A DNA stretch of 62,536 nt, the filler included, from Circinaria calcarea (Eukaryota), in NCBI GenBank assembly GCA_051942165.1. It is 8 parts of 8 records of this genome, joined end to end, with 100 filler letters (N's around TTAATTAATTAA, not from the genome) between each part and the next. Parts side by side here need not be neighbours in the genome. Positions count along the whole stretch, not along the records: positions 23,531 to 31,263 come from JAVECS010001260.1; positions 31,364 to 39,089 come from JAVECS010001261.1; 6 more parts are not named here. One strand, written 5' to 3'. The notes below the pieces were generated by a model. The model was not told where the DNA came from, did not search any database, and saw nothing but the letters and a program-made list of their open reading frames with translations. Positions 24,309-36,408 of the stretch are shown here, one piece after another (within the stretch, counting starts at the first letter, position 1; the number at the start of each line of letters is the position of its first letter). The position numbers were made by a program, and so were the translations under genes.

Positions 24309-25805
24309 TCAAAAATCCGTATCAGCAAGGTAGCCATGATCCTGATGGGTTCTTCTCAGACGCCGCGCCAACTCCGTAATCGGGGGGCAATAGATATAGT
24401 GCCGCTTTTTGGGGCTATTAAACATGAAGGACCACCTTAGGCCGTATGGCCCCTTTAACGCCCCTGGTTATCTCCCACATAACTAGAAGTTGGAGGATGT
24501 GGGTATCAACTCTTATCAAGTACATGCACTGAGCTATGGTGTTACAAGATGGGGTCTATAGTCATCCCGAGGAGTCTTTGCACAGCCGCAAATTCCCAAG
24601 AAAACGTAAAAAGACCTTAATCCACCCACTTCGCAGCAGGCCAGCGCTATTCCAAGGGCATCGTACCCGTTGTCTAGTCTATGTTTCGATCTGCTCCCAT
24701 ACCGCCTTCATACGCCGCTGTCGGTCAAACCTTTCCATACCAATACATTTTTAAGCAGTATTCCACCAACCTTCCTATTTATGTCCTCACTCCTCTTTCA
24801 TGTCTCGTATAACATCCACTATATCCTGAATGAAACCGACGGCATGCAGGTGGCACCGGTGCTGAATGCATATTACTCGAGATTAAATTCCGGTTGAAAA
24901 GGGTTACCTTCCTGACTTTGATATTTTGTTTTTAGGAATTCCACTTGACCTCCTTCTGCAGCGTGGTATCGAGTTCGCCTTTGAATACCAGAGTCAGAAA
25001 ATCCTAGGGCTGGAGTTGGTTATATAACCTGCTTTCGGAGCATTGTATGCAAACCGAACTCTTAACCCATACTCGATTGCACAATGCATTAGCGTGAAAC
25101 CGATTAGTCAAATCCTCCTCTCCTCCGGAGTCTTTATGAGAAAGTTATTCCATTGACATGGACTCCTCTTTGGAAAAGAGAGCGCAGGGAGTCGTGCTCT
25201 CACAGGCTGTTTGGTTCCGTCATTCTTCGGCGGGGGCTGGATCTCGAACTTCGCCTCGGAAGGCAAGGCTGTCAACTGGTACAGCCGGTACGGTATGCAC
25301 TGCCTAACTGTACTATCGGTGCAGTACACTGCAGTGGTGGTGCATTACAGCCAGTGCAGCCCTACATACGTATAGCCTCGAAGACCTGCCAGCTATTTCC
25401 CCGCCCCGATTTGGAACCCAGGTGACCGAGGCTATTTATCCCTGTTGAGCGTGATTAGCTGCACTAGCTGTACCTATAGGATTCCTTGCCCCTGTGAGGC
25501 TAGCCCGGTGCGACGTATAGAGAGGCTGAGCATATTGCATGGCATTTGATCGAGGACCGGAGCTGCATTACACTTCCAAAGCTCTCTTTCTAGAATTTCC
25601 TATCTACCATGTATAGCCATCAGCAATTCCTGGTCTCTCTTCTTAAATTCGCCCTCGGGATCGTGTATCTAATTATTCCGATCTTTGAAAGTGGTCATTC
25701 TTTTTGTGGACTTTGCTTCGATCTAATGACTGTTCTACTAGTGAAGCCGTATCACTTAAACTAACCATACAGTAAGGTCTAACTACCTAGTGCAGACCCA
25801 CCGTC

Positions 25806-28800
25806 ATGTGTCTACAGGTCACTGAACGCTATACTGTGTGTCATTGCGTGTACTACCAACATAGTGTCGACCCATGTAGCGCATACGGTAAGCAGGGACA
25901 TTGCGTTACACAGAGAGAGGTTCTAGTAGGTTATTCTTGTTCGCAGCACCTCGTCCGAGCGGAGCCTTCCGTATCAGCGGTATCCAGTACTCCAGCCGAT
26001 GAAGTTACTTATACCAAGGTGACGGGTGGTATCAGTAAGTCAAAGAAAGGAAAGCAGGCTTATATTTGCGAGTATTTTGGGTGTGGGAAGGTTTGTGCCT
26101 AATTTCTAAATCAAAAGTACTCGAACATAATTCAATCCTAGGTCTTCACCCGTCTAGAGAACCGCAGGTAAGATGTTTATTTTATTTTTATCGTATTTTA
26201 TTTAACTTATTGCAGACATCATCACGAATGGAGCCACCAGAACGAGCATCTCCTTAAATGTGATATTGAAGGATGCCGCATGCTTTTCAGACGTGCGGAT
26301 CTACTTGCAAGGCATCGAGAGTGGCAGTAGGAATTTCTTTCATCCCTTTTATTAACTTTGGCTGACATGAATAGGCATGGCATGCACATGTCACCGGATG
26401 CTCCGGCTCAAGCGCCTTTGAAAGATTGCTATGAGACTGGGGATCTGGTACCAAGTATTCATGAAGATTTGGCAGACGATAGTTCAACAGCAGGTTCTCT
26501 CACAACGGCCAACAGTCTATCTTCTCAGGACGAGCCATCATTGTCGTCACAGTCATCAGCTCAGGTGATTCCTCGAGTTGTATCTGATCGGCTGTTCGCG
26601 ATCTTTTCACTGGACGATGTACTGAGATCGGCACACAAAGAAGCACCATCCAGAATGAGTAGAGAAAGATTTGAGCGTAAGTTCATAAGCTTATTGAACC
26701 AGTACAGCTATGATCTGCGACTTAAAGCACGATATCATCGTCCTTGGCAGCCTTCAGGATACCAAATTCAAATAAAAGGAGTAATCCGATTTCTCCGGCG
26801 GCACGCGAGGTTATTCGCCCAAAGAATTAGTAAAGAGTTCTACTCTGTCGATGATGATACTAAGAGACAACAGATGGAAGATATAGCTCACCAAAAGCCA
26901 GAGAAGGAAACCCAACTAGAGCTCTACTTGTCCCACTACAATCCCGAGGCAGTGTCTTCGTCCAGTGAGGTTTATTACGAAATCAGTAGCTTTCTCGAGG
27001 ATGAGAGCGAGGCAGAGAGTGAGCCAGAAGACGGATACCTACGGATCTCGAACGTTACTCGCCTCAAGCACTTTCTGGTGGAGAGTTCATCCTTTGAACT
27101 CGACGATTCCATTTTCGAGCAGCTAAGAGCACGGTGGTTGGAGATTTTGTATGCTGATCCTACAAGGACTACCATAGAAGGGGAATTAATTCGAATGGGG
27201 AATAATCTTACTGGCTTGACAAACAACCGTATTAAGGCTGAGATCAGAACCGTTATGGCAATGTCCACGGTTGAAATTGAGGGAACGCACCTAACGCTGC
27301 TAGATCCTAGTATAGATTCAAAAGGTGGTGATCTGAACCTAAATCACTATTTGGTCGACGACTTGGCACAAGCAATCAACGCGTGGAGTCGATCAATGCC
27401 TAGGGAGTCTGCCTACCAGAATCGGGTGTATGTTCCCATCCATTGTTTTTGGACAGTACCTGAGTTGGGTAAGACTTTATGCTACAAGATATTGGACGCT
27501 GGTAATTTCACGCTTGGCTGGGAGATTACCCGCAGTCCGGGGTTTTCAACCTCAGAGCTACGGCGTCTTCGGAAATTACTGCGGTTCCTTCGCCTACCGA
27601 TTAACTCCTCTTTCTTACCATATGATGTCGCTAATTATACTAGCTGCGGTCAAAAAGACGTTTCTTTCCCAGCGAGCGTGCCTTTGCCACACATCATAAT
27701 ATTGGCCATTCAGTATCTACGCCTCGTGACGCATATTAGAGCTCGAGAAGCAGCTGGTGGAGGGCTACATCAACCACGAAAGAAGGTATTGATGGGTATG
27801 TCCACAAAAGCAGCTGGGTTATTGGACACGTCGGAACCATCGATAGGCAAAAGTGGCAGTGTTAAACTCAAGATATCTAGAATAAGTGCCGTTCCAGAAG
27901 AAGTTCATTCACAGATTATAGCTCCGGATTCAGGTGAATGTGATGATCGTTTACTGAACGTTTTGCACCATCGCACCATCCCGTTGAAGTATTACGAGAA
28001 GGTTTTTAAGCCTTTTCTCGGAATGATCCGAGGCTGGAACTCCTATTTCCGGCCACCACCGAAGGCTGGGTATCGACGAGTCGAGTGGATCTGCGTTTGT
28101 CACCCACCCATCACCATTGCGACGTGGAGATTCACTCAAGTATTTTACTGACTGTGCTCAGGACTGTGGGGAAAGCCTACACGGAGATTTCGATAATAGC
28201 TATCGGGAGAGCGTCGATGTACTTGAGTCCACGTTGCAACAGACAAGTCCTGCTATAAACACTAGAGGCTCTTGTGGAGGTTCAGGTGCCCCATCAACCT
28301 CCACCGCCTCAACAGCGTCGCCGGCGACTTCCGCAAGCCCCAGCTCAGCTAGCAATTATTGTCCAGCCAATACAACAAACCAACACACTCCAGAGTCTGT
28401 CCCTCATAAGCCCCTAGCCACAGCATGGACGCCCTGCCTCTCCACAGTCAAACAAGCGCACAAATTCTTAGAACTCTGTGTCAATACGGGTGAATTCACT
28501 AAATCATTGGGAGAGATTGAAATATCGCAGGTACGGTCTGACGGAAATTTATTCCGGGAGATCAAAAGCCAGTATCTTCGTCTCCGCGGCTACCGAGCGA
28601 AGCACTTTCTCCTAAAGCCGGTCGCCGTGCAATTCGTACAGGTAAGCACCGTCTTATTACAACAAAGCTTTCTCCGTTCTTCTAATGATTGGCAGTTCTC
28701 CCTCGAAGAGAGGCATCAAGTCGGCATCCTCGACTTCCCACTCGCCCTTCCCCCGGAGACCGAAGTCATAGCCAAACGATACGAATACGATCCATGTCCG

Positions 28801-29151
28801 CTCAGACCGCCGCCGCCTATCCCTTCCCACATTTTCCTCCACTACTTGAATTCTTCGCGCGAACACCCTCGGAGCCTTTGGCTCGATCGTCTTCCGAAGA
28901 AACTCACCGAAAGTATCAAGCAAAGTACGGATCCTTTGCCGATTGGCTGGGGGATACACATTATAGAAGGGCCTAACCGACGAGCCATGTTCTGGATTAC
29001 GGTTCTGATAGTACTGCTGAGCATTATTGTAAGCACGACGTGGACGGCTGTAAAAGGGGATATACAGGGGGGATTCGGTCTGGGTGCTTGGATCGTTTCC
29101 GTTCCCGGTGTGCTAATGATGGCGTTCTTCTTCAAGTGGAGTGAGGATTGA
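25806..29151 (+). CDS. Composite protein: Cys/His N-terminal module + two C2H2 zinc fingers + long linker + C-terminal two-TM fungal domain
   Basis: Five GT-AG introns (about 26091-26141, 26168-26215, 26327-26374, 28095-28161, 28642-28695) join the ORFs in frame: CEYFGCGKVFTRLENRRHH..H, CDIEGCRMLFRRADLLARHREWQH, WICDCG, LELCVN, LPKK..GWGIHIIEGP, TM-GDIQGGFG-TM. Confidence 0.75.
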
Positions 29152-29680
29152 CCCTGTGGGAGACTTGTGGGGAAAAAAGAATTGAGGTATTGTTATGGTA
29201 GACATTTCAGGGCGTTTCCCTGAATTGATAATCTGGAAGAGATTTATCAATGTTTGAAAGTCCAAGCTCATTCGGTGGTAAGCTTTTGCGCGTTTTAATT
29301 CGATGGTGACTTTGGAGTGGCCTGAGAAAGGAGGTGCATTGCAGGGAGGGCACTACATTTTTAGTTGATATATGCACGATCTACTCAGATAATATATATG
29401 GATAAATGCTATGCAAATACTATGAAAATCCCGTAAGAATACTACGTATGTGTAATTTAGAATGGATGTGGAATCTGTATGAGAGAATGCTCGGAGGATA
29501 GCTGAAATATGGAGCCCCTGATTAGCGCTGTTTCCCCGCTTCCTTCTCCCGCACGCTTTTGATTAGTTATACTACAATTGATTTTCAATACACAACTCGA
29601 CTCTTACTTGGATATAATATCTGCGCAATAGAAAAAGCACCCTGCACCGGCTGTACCTGTGCCAGTTTAGCTTGCTTATC

Positions 29681-31263
29681 ATGGGAGATAGTCCACCACG
29701 TTTGCCTCCCTGTAAATCCTGTTCACCGTCTAATACAGGTTCAGAAGATGAAGAGCAAGCGCAAGCATGCTGTGATAGTATGGTTACTGCTAGCTTTTGT
29801 GCGATCGGGGCCAAAACTGATCTGTTTGCTATAGGTACCTGCTTGGAAATTGCAGCGCAACAGGAATGTGACGCGCAATGTGACGCGCAATGTGGCGGGC
29901 ACTGCAGCGATAGGAAGCCAATGGATAACGACTTGAAAGGTTGAAGAGTTCCGCCACAGTATACTTGGGTTCTTCACTTACAGCAGATGGATGTGTCAGA
30001 CTCCATGGAGATCGACAAACAACCATGCGACAAGCACCTTAGGGCCGCGCATGAACGATACTCTACAACTTTAGAAGCAGTTGGCTGTATCTGCAAAGCT
30101 CTCATCGCACGTAACCTCGAGAGCTGCTGCTCCTCCATTCGAAATCGAAAGAAACGGCTTTCTGAACATACCGCTCTCAGAGCCAAGGCTCCTGGCAGCA
30201 GCAGCCTTCACGATGTCAAAGCAACCGGTGGCTCAAACAAGGCCCGCGCTAGTGGCAATGGGTGGGGAAAAAGAACTGGTTCTGATGATAACAAGCCTGA
30301 TGGCTACGGGGAAAGATATAGTACCTATAGGGTAAAGACGGATGTTCATGGAAAGGAAACTAATGATTGCGTGGTAAAAAGTGGTTGTTGTGGAGAAAAG
30401 ACCAATCATTGTGGGGACAAAATTGATTGTTGTCCGCAAAAGACTGATACTTGTCAGGAGAAGATTGATTGTTGTGGAGGAGCGACTGATACCGCCGGGA
30501 AAGCTCCCACACGTAATTCTTTTTCTCCAACACTATTAGCCTGCAATCATAACACTCGCTGCAGCAAAGCTAGCAACACCTGCTCAAAAACTGCTTCTTG
30601 TGCCACACCTGGGAGCTGCTCGCCAGATGGCTGCTGCGGCAAACTCAAACGTCAAAATAAGGATGTTAGGCCAATTGACACGTCTTTTTCAGGTCTTCAT
30701 GATATTGAAAAGGGTACGGCGACGACCGAGCACGTTACTCTCAACGTAGAAGGCCTCACTTGTGTCGGCTGCGAGAACAAGCTTTTCAGGTCTCTTAACG
30801 CAATTCCTGGAATACACAGTCTCCAGACGAGTCTTGTGATGTCACAGGCGGAATTTGACCTTGACACAGATGCTGGTTCTGTTAGTGAAGTCATCCGCAA
30901 AGTTGCAAAGGCAACCGGTTTTGCATGTCAGAGAGTTCGTACTCAAGGGCAAAGCTTAGATGTGCTCGTTCCTGGCGATGCTAGAAACTTTATTAACCAG
31001 GAAAGACCTTACGGAGTAGAAGAGATGGTTGCACTCGACAAACAGACAGTACGCATTACATATGACGCTAGGCTCATCGGCGCCAGAGATTTGCTTCAGA
31101 ATACGTTTGATGCTCCGATAATACTTGCTCCTCCTCGTCCTTACGCAGAGCTTGAGTCTGGTGGCAAGCATGTCCGCAAGACAGCATACATGACAGCCTT
31201 CTCCGCTGTGCTGACTACACCTGTACTCATATTGGCTTGGGCACCGCTGCCCCAGCATGAGAT
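29681..31263 (+). CDS. Heavy-metal P1B-type ATPase (Pca1/PcaA-like), Cys-rich N-terminus + HMA domain, 5' part
   Basis: ACCD..CLEIAAQQEC, PCDKHLRAAHERY..LEAVGCICKALIARNLESCC, many CC pairs, HMA motif VEGLTCVGCE, first TM LTTPVLILAWAP. Confidence 0.85.
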
Positions 31264-31363
31264 NNNNNNNNNNNNNNNNNNNNNNNNNNNNNNNNNNNNN
31301 NNNNNNNTTAATTAATTAANNNNNNNNNNNNNNNNNNNNNNNNNNNNNNNNNNNNNNNNNNNN
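31264..31363. other. Artificial contig spacer
   Basis: N44-TTAATTAATTAA-N44. Confidence 0.98.
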
Positions 31364-32383
31364 ACCAGACCCCAACGTATGGTATTGAAGATTCCCCACG
31401 CAGTAGCATAGTCTTCGCCCATCAAGACTATCCTGCTTACAAGCCAAAGGTAGAGTGAATTGCGAATGGCGGACTCGGCGAAAGTATAGGTGCTTGGTCT
31501 CGCCAGAATCTTTAATGCTCTAATACCTGGTTTGGCCTGGTGCTCTGATCCTCCCACAGCACGCTGCATCTTGGTAGCAATGTAGACGAAGTACCCAAGT
31601 CCACAGAGAGCAGAACCCATATCACAAGCCAATCGAATGACGGCTTGACTATTAACTGTTGGCGTAGATGACCCCACGTGAAATCTCGAGATTATAAGCA
31701 AATCCAGGATGATATTGACGATGAACTTGGTCGAACTGATTACAACGGGTACATCGGGATGATCTAGAGCTCGAGTACACGACGATACAGCAACCTCCAT
31801 GGCAGACGACAACGCCGAAACCGAAGAGATTCGTACATATGTCAGTGAGCTCTTGCGAACCTGGACTGGGACAAAGGCTCCCGCAAGTTGCTCAGAAGCG
31901 GCAACGAAGATGATCGTCATTATTGCTCCGAGAATAACCTGTGTCAGGATGAGGGTATAGGATAAACCCAGCCGAGAAGCAATTGTCCGTGTCGTCCTGT
32001 CACCAATAACTAGCCAAGCTGCTCTTGGAAGGCTCTCGTTCAGCACTTCCACGATGACACCGATATAGGTATATACGTCAGTTGTCACCACTTGACTTGA
32101 GTCTATTCTTGCCACCCATAGTTTGCTGAGGGTACTATAGAGTGCTGGAAGGATAAAGGCAACGAGGTTGAATAGCAACGAGCCCTGATATCTGTAGACG
32201 ACCCCTCAAAAACGGCTTTCGTTAAACAAGAGGCAACAACCATCTATGCGCAGGAAATAGACAAACCTACGTTTGTCGACTCAACCATCCAGGTTTAGCT
32301 TCCCCTGGTTCTCTGTCTCCAGATCTTTCCTCTGGAACCTCTGCCTGCGTTTCATCAGCTGGACTCTTTTCATGCTCGAACAT
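31364..32383 (-). CDS. Polytopic membrane protein, MATE-like transporter, 5' part
   Basis: ATG 32383, one intron (about 32270-32192), then multiple TM segments: [53 protein letters not shown]. Confidence 0.65.
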
Positions 32384-33166
32384 CTTATCACTGTCTTCAG
32401 TGAGAGTAGTACAGTACGTTAAGTAGTGGCTGAAAGAAAGTATCCATGGCTGGTCACTTAATCTCATCGAGATACATAGATGGCTTTCCCCGCTTTGTGT
32501 AACCCTGATAAGTTGTGCTGGGATAACACGAGGTCATCTTTCTCGAAAGACATGATTGCTCAGATAGTGTAAGGGTGGTGGAAGATCTGCACACTACCGT
32601 AGGATCAGACTGGGCACGACAAGTGTCCGAGGTGTCAGAATTGGGTATTCACGTGATGTGTGATCGATCGTAGGGTTCCCCGGATCAAAGACTAGCGTGA
32701 TCCTCAAAAGCAATCCCCTTTCCTCGGCGTCGGTAATAGTTCAAACTGTTACAGATGGCCCCATGCGAGACTTGATATATAAAGAGTGTCAAAACCGAAG
32801 TAGCACTCGAGGGCGGGGGGCCGGCACTCTCGCGGAGGACTTGTGGCTAAGTATGACCCTTTATCGTGGTTATCGTTCCTCCTCTCTCTCTCTCGACGCA
32901 GGGCAGGTTGAAAACATGAGGAACAATACGCCTTGAGTAAGTGCGAGTATGTCGTATTGCAGCTGAGTATTCATAGCATGCCTGACAGCATGGCAGTATC
33001 TCATCAATCTATTCTACCGCAGCAGCTCAGTACCAAAGCGTAGTCTAATAGTTCTGAAATCCATCTAATATCCCCAAAACTGGTCATAACTTCGTTATTG
33101 GTTCATCAATCTATCCTTTCAGTCGTCTTCCACCCCGTTACACATCGCAAGTCCTCCTCGACAGTA

Positions 33167-34478
33167 TTACCCTTCTCCCTGATACTGATATTTCGACCTC
33201 ATACCTCCATAGTCCGAGAACTTCACGTCTTCATAGGCCCTAGGATGATCCTTATCTACCCGCGATGGTAAACAGTGTATCATTGTGTCGCCGTCTGGAG
33301 CGACAAAGTAAGGAATCGAGTAGCGCGCCCGCGTAAGACGCTTGATATTAGAGCCGTTATCTTGGCTAACCTGCACGGGAGGAAGAGTCACCCGGTGCGT
33401 GGCGGACGGGAAAGTATCTGAGGAGGGTCAAGTTTAGTCCATTGTAGGGAAATGACACGAGCACAACATTCTTTAATGTTGTCGTATACTTATGGAAGAA
33501 AAGGGATTGTTACCGTTGGTGATTCGTTCGAACATATCACCTATATTCACCACACATGCCCCTGGGACGGGCTTTGCGGATAGAAATTCGCCGGGATTCT
33601 TGGGGTTCTCAAGCTCTAAACCTTCACAGTCGTCCTGGAAGAGCATTGTGAACGAGCTGTGAAGTAGTTAGTTTTTGGTTCACTTGATTAAAATATCCTT
33701 AATGCTGCTGACGAACATAATAGGGGGGCTCGTCCATACCTCCAGTCAGAATGAGCAGGCATCCTAGCGAGGACACGGCTGACTACCTGCTCCGCGGGGA
33801 CTGGAGGGTAGTGCAGGAGGCGAAGCTGGTTATTGTGTCCTGTATGAGCTTTAAAGAGGTAGTCGGTTTCATCACCCGTAAGATCGAGGCCAAGGCAAAT
33901 TGCCTCGAGAAAATTGCGGGCTGTCTTGTTTAATTCCCAGTAAAACGTCGTCATGAACGCCTGGAACCCAGGTAACGTCTTCTCCGGGAGCCAGATGTTG
34001 GGTTGAGCGGGATTATGCTCGCTACCAATCTCATAGCTTTCCTAGAGCTCCACCCCGTCATTACTCATTCTCCACCAAAGAGGCGTTCGAGCGATGATGC
34101 CACGCTTGGACATACCTTGAAATCCATGACTTCTCTTAGGGAGCTGCCTTGACTCTTATTTACTACATCACTACTCGCCTCTTGCTTAGAGTACACCTTT
34201 TCCAGTCCGGGGTGGGAGTAGCCACGATGCGGAGTTGGGCCTGGGGGATGAGGGGCCTTCATTTTGTCCTCGTGGGATAGATCAAATAGCTTTCGGGACC
34301 ACTGAAAGGCATCATCGAGAAGCTCCGGTGAGACGCCATGGCCGGTTATGTAAACGAAACCGAGATTATGACACGCCTCAGTAAGATCTTGTGCAATCTT
34401 TTGACGTTGCTTATCATCATTCGACAGAAAAGCGGATAGGTCAACAATCGGGATGGAGTTCTCCTGGCTGTAAAGCAT
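33167..34478 (-). CDS. 2-oxoglutarate/Fe(II)-dependent dioxygenase (IPNS/DIOX_N family)
   Basis: IPIVDLS, GFVYITGHGV, PHRGYS..G.EK, LRLLHYPP, HSDW (HxD), NIGDMF, HRV, RYSIPYF (RxS); four introns. Exact start uncertain. Confidence 0.92.
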
Positions 34479-34622
34479 ATCCACCCCTATAGCTTGTGGA
34501 GTGTCAGACGTTCCAGATGTACCTTATAGATTATTATGTGCCTTGGGCTCAGGGTTCCTAATTGCTGTGTCTATCAACATAAGCAGTACTAGTTAGCCTG
34601 GTGCGGGGTAAGTCCACATTTT

Positions 34623-34640
34623 CCGGTCCGGACTGACCGG
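34623..34640. promoter_or_regulatory. CCG/CGG palindrome in a short divergent promoter (possible Zn2Cys6 factor site)
   Basis: CCGGTC-cggact-GACCGG lies midway between the dioxygenase ATG (34478) and the MFS ATG (34805). Confidence 0.35.
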
Positions 34641-34804
34641 GACCCTCGACAAGCTAAATTCCCTTAGGGCAGATCGATCGATCTCGCTTATCGTCAGGAG
34701 CTAAATAGTCATGCGTCAAGGAAAGTATTGCCACCAGAAAGGTATCTTCGAGACAGTCAGAGACTTTTTCCGCTCCTATGGAATGATTGATTTCTTGTAC
34801 GAAG

Positions 34805-36408
34805 ATGACACAAGATAGTAATGAGCAATCGCCATTACTCTCCCGGCGTAACGAAGAAGACTCTCGATCCGTATGTGATCGAAGAAATCTCTCCTCGGCC
34901 TTGCTGACAGGAGCCATGCCTAGTTGATAGAATTCAGCGAAGATGATCCAGACAATCCCAAAAACTGGAGTAGAGTGCGGAAACTTCTGAATGTGGGCGT
35001 TATTGCTCTCATGGCAGGTAGACGGGTTCTATTCTAAGTGGCCGAGCATTACGTATCTAACAGCTGGATCAGTTCTAAGTCCGCTGGCAAGCTCCATGTT
35101 CACTCCCGGCATCAATCAAATAGCAGAAGACCTAAGCACTCCAAAAACCACGGTGGTTGGTGCTACGACGGGTTTCGTGGTCTTGCTTGGCATAGGTCCT
35201 ATGATCCTAGCGCCACTCTCGGAAACGTTTGGACGGCGAAGATTATATCTCATCTGCTTCTCGATATTTACCCTTTTGCACATTCCTACTGCTCTCAGTC
35301 CGAACGTGGCTACGCTCATCACTCTACGGACTTTCTCTGGATTCTTCGGGAGTATGAACCCCTGGTTTTCGTATCTGGGGGACTACACTAACAACATATC
35401 CTAGGTGTTGGCATAGGTAATGGGGGCGGGAGCATTAGCGATATGTTTGATCCCCATGAACGAGCAGGGATTTTCGGGTGGTATCTCCTTGGCCCGCTGC
35501 TTGGTCCCACCCTCGGTCCCCTCTTTGGCAGCTTCATCGTGCAAGACCTCGGCTGGCGGTGGGTTTTCTGGGTCCTGACTATCATTTCGGCTTTTAATAC
35601 CATCATGGGCTTCTTTTTTCTCAAGGAAACATACGCTCCCGTAATTCTAGAAGCGCGCAGAGAGAAATACGAAAAAAGGAAAGGTGGGAGGTTCCGCTTT
35701 GCTGGTGAAGACGATCGACCTTTCCGTACAAAAATGGCCATCTCCTTGCTACGGCCAATCAAAATTCTATTCACGCAGCCCATTGTCTTCATCATGGCTA
35801 CTTATCAAGCCATCATCTTCGGCACCATCTACAGCCTCTACACCAACTTTGAAGATATCTGGGGAGGAGGCTATGGCTTTGATACCAATCACGTGGGGTT
35901 AATGTACCTAGGTCCGGGCATCGGGTTCCTCATCGCTGTCTGGTTTCTCGTCCCGAGGATAGATACGGTATATAACAGACTCACTGAAAGCAACAACGGG
36001 GAAGAGAAGCCGGAATTTCGCCTACCGCTTGCCAACATCGGCGCGGTACTCGTCCCTATATCCCTTTTCTGGTTTGCATGGACCATCGAATACCATGTTC
36101 ACTGGTTTCCTACCATCCTCAGCACAGTATTCTTTGGCCTTGGGCAAGTTTTGATCTTCAACACGGTGCAAAACTACTATATTGATTCCTTTTCCAAGTA
36201 CGCCGCTTCGGCCATTGCCGCCGGCGCGGTTTTCCGATCTCTGATCGGAGGGATAATACCGCTTTTTGCACCGGGCCTGTTTAAACAGGTCGGTTATGGG
36301 TGGGGATTTTCCGTTTTCGGGTTTCTCAGTCTCGCATTGGCCCCTACTCCCGTGCTGTTTTACTATTTCGGGGAAAGGTTAAGGACGCGGTTCGCTATCG
36401 ATCTCTAA
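34805..36408 (+). CDS. MFS transporter, DHA1 drug:H+ antiporter family
   Basis: MTQDSNEQSPLL, DDPDNPKNW, APLSETFGRR, GGGSISDMF..ERA, LGPTLGP, WRWVFW, ETYAP, PEFRL, YYIDSF..YAASAIA; three introns. Confidence 0.93.

Noticed and set aside
15694..31263. Extending the copper cluster to include the P1B-ATPase
   Set aside because: The ATPase is on a different piece (spacer at 23431-23530).
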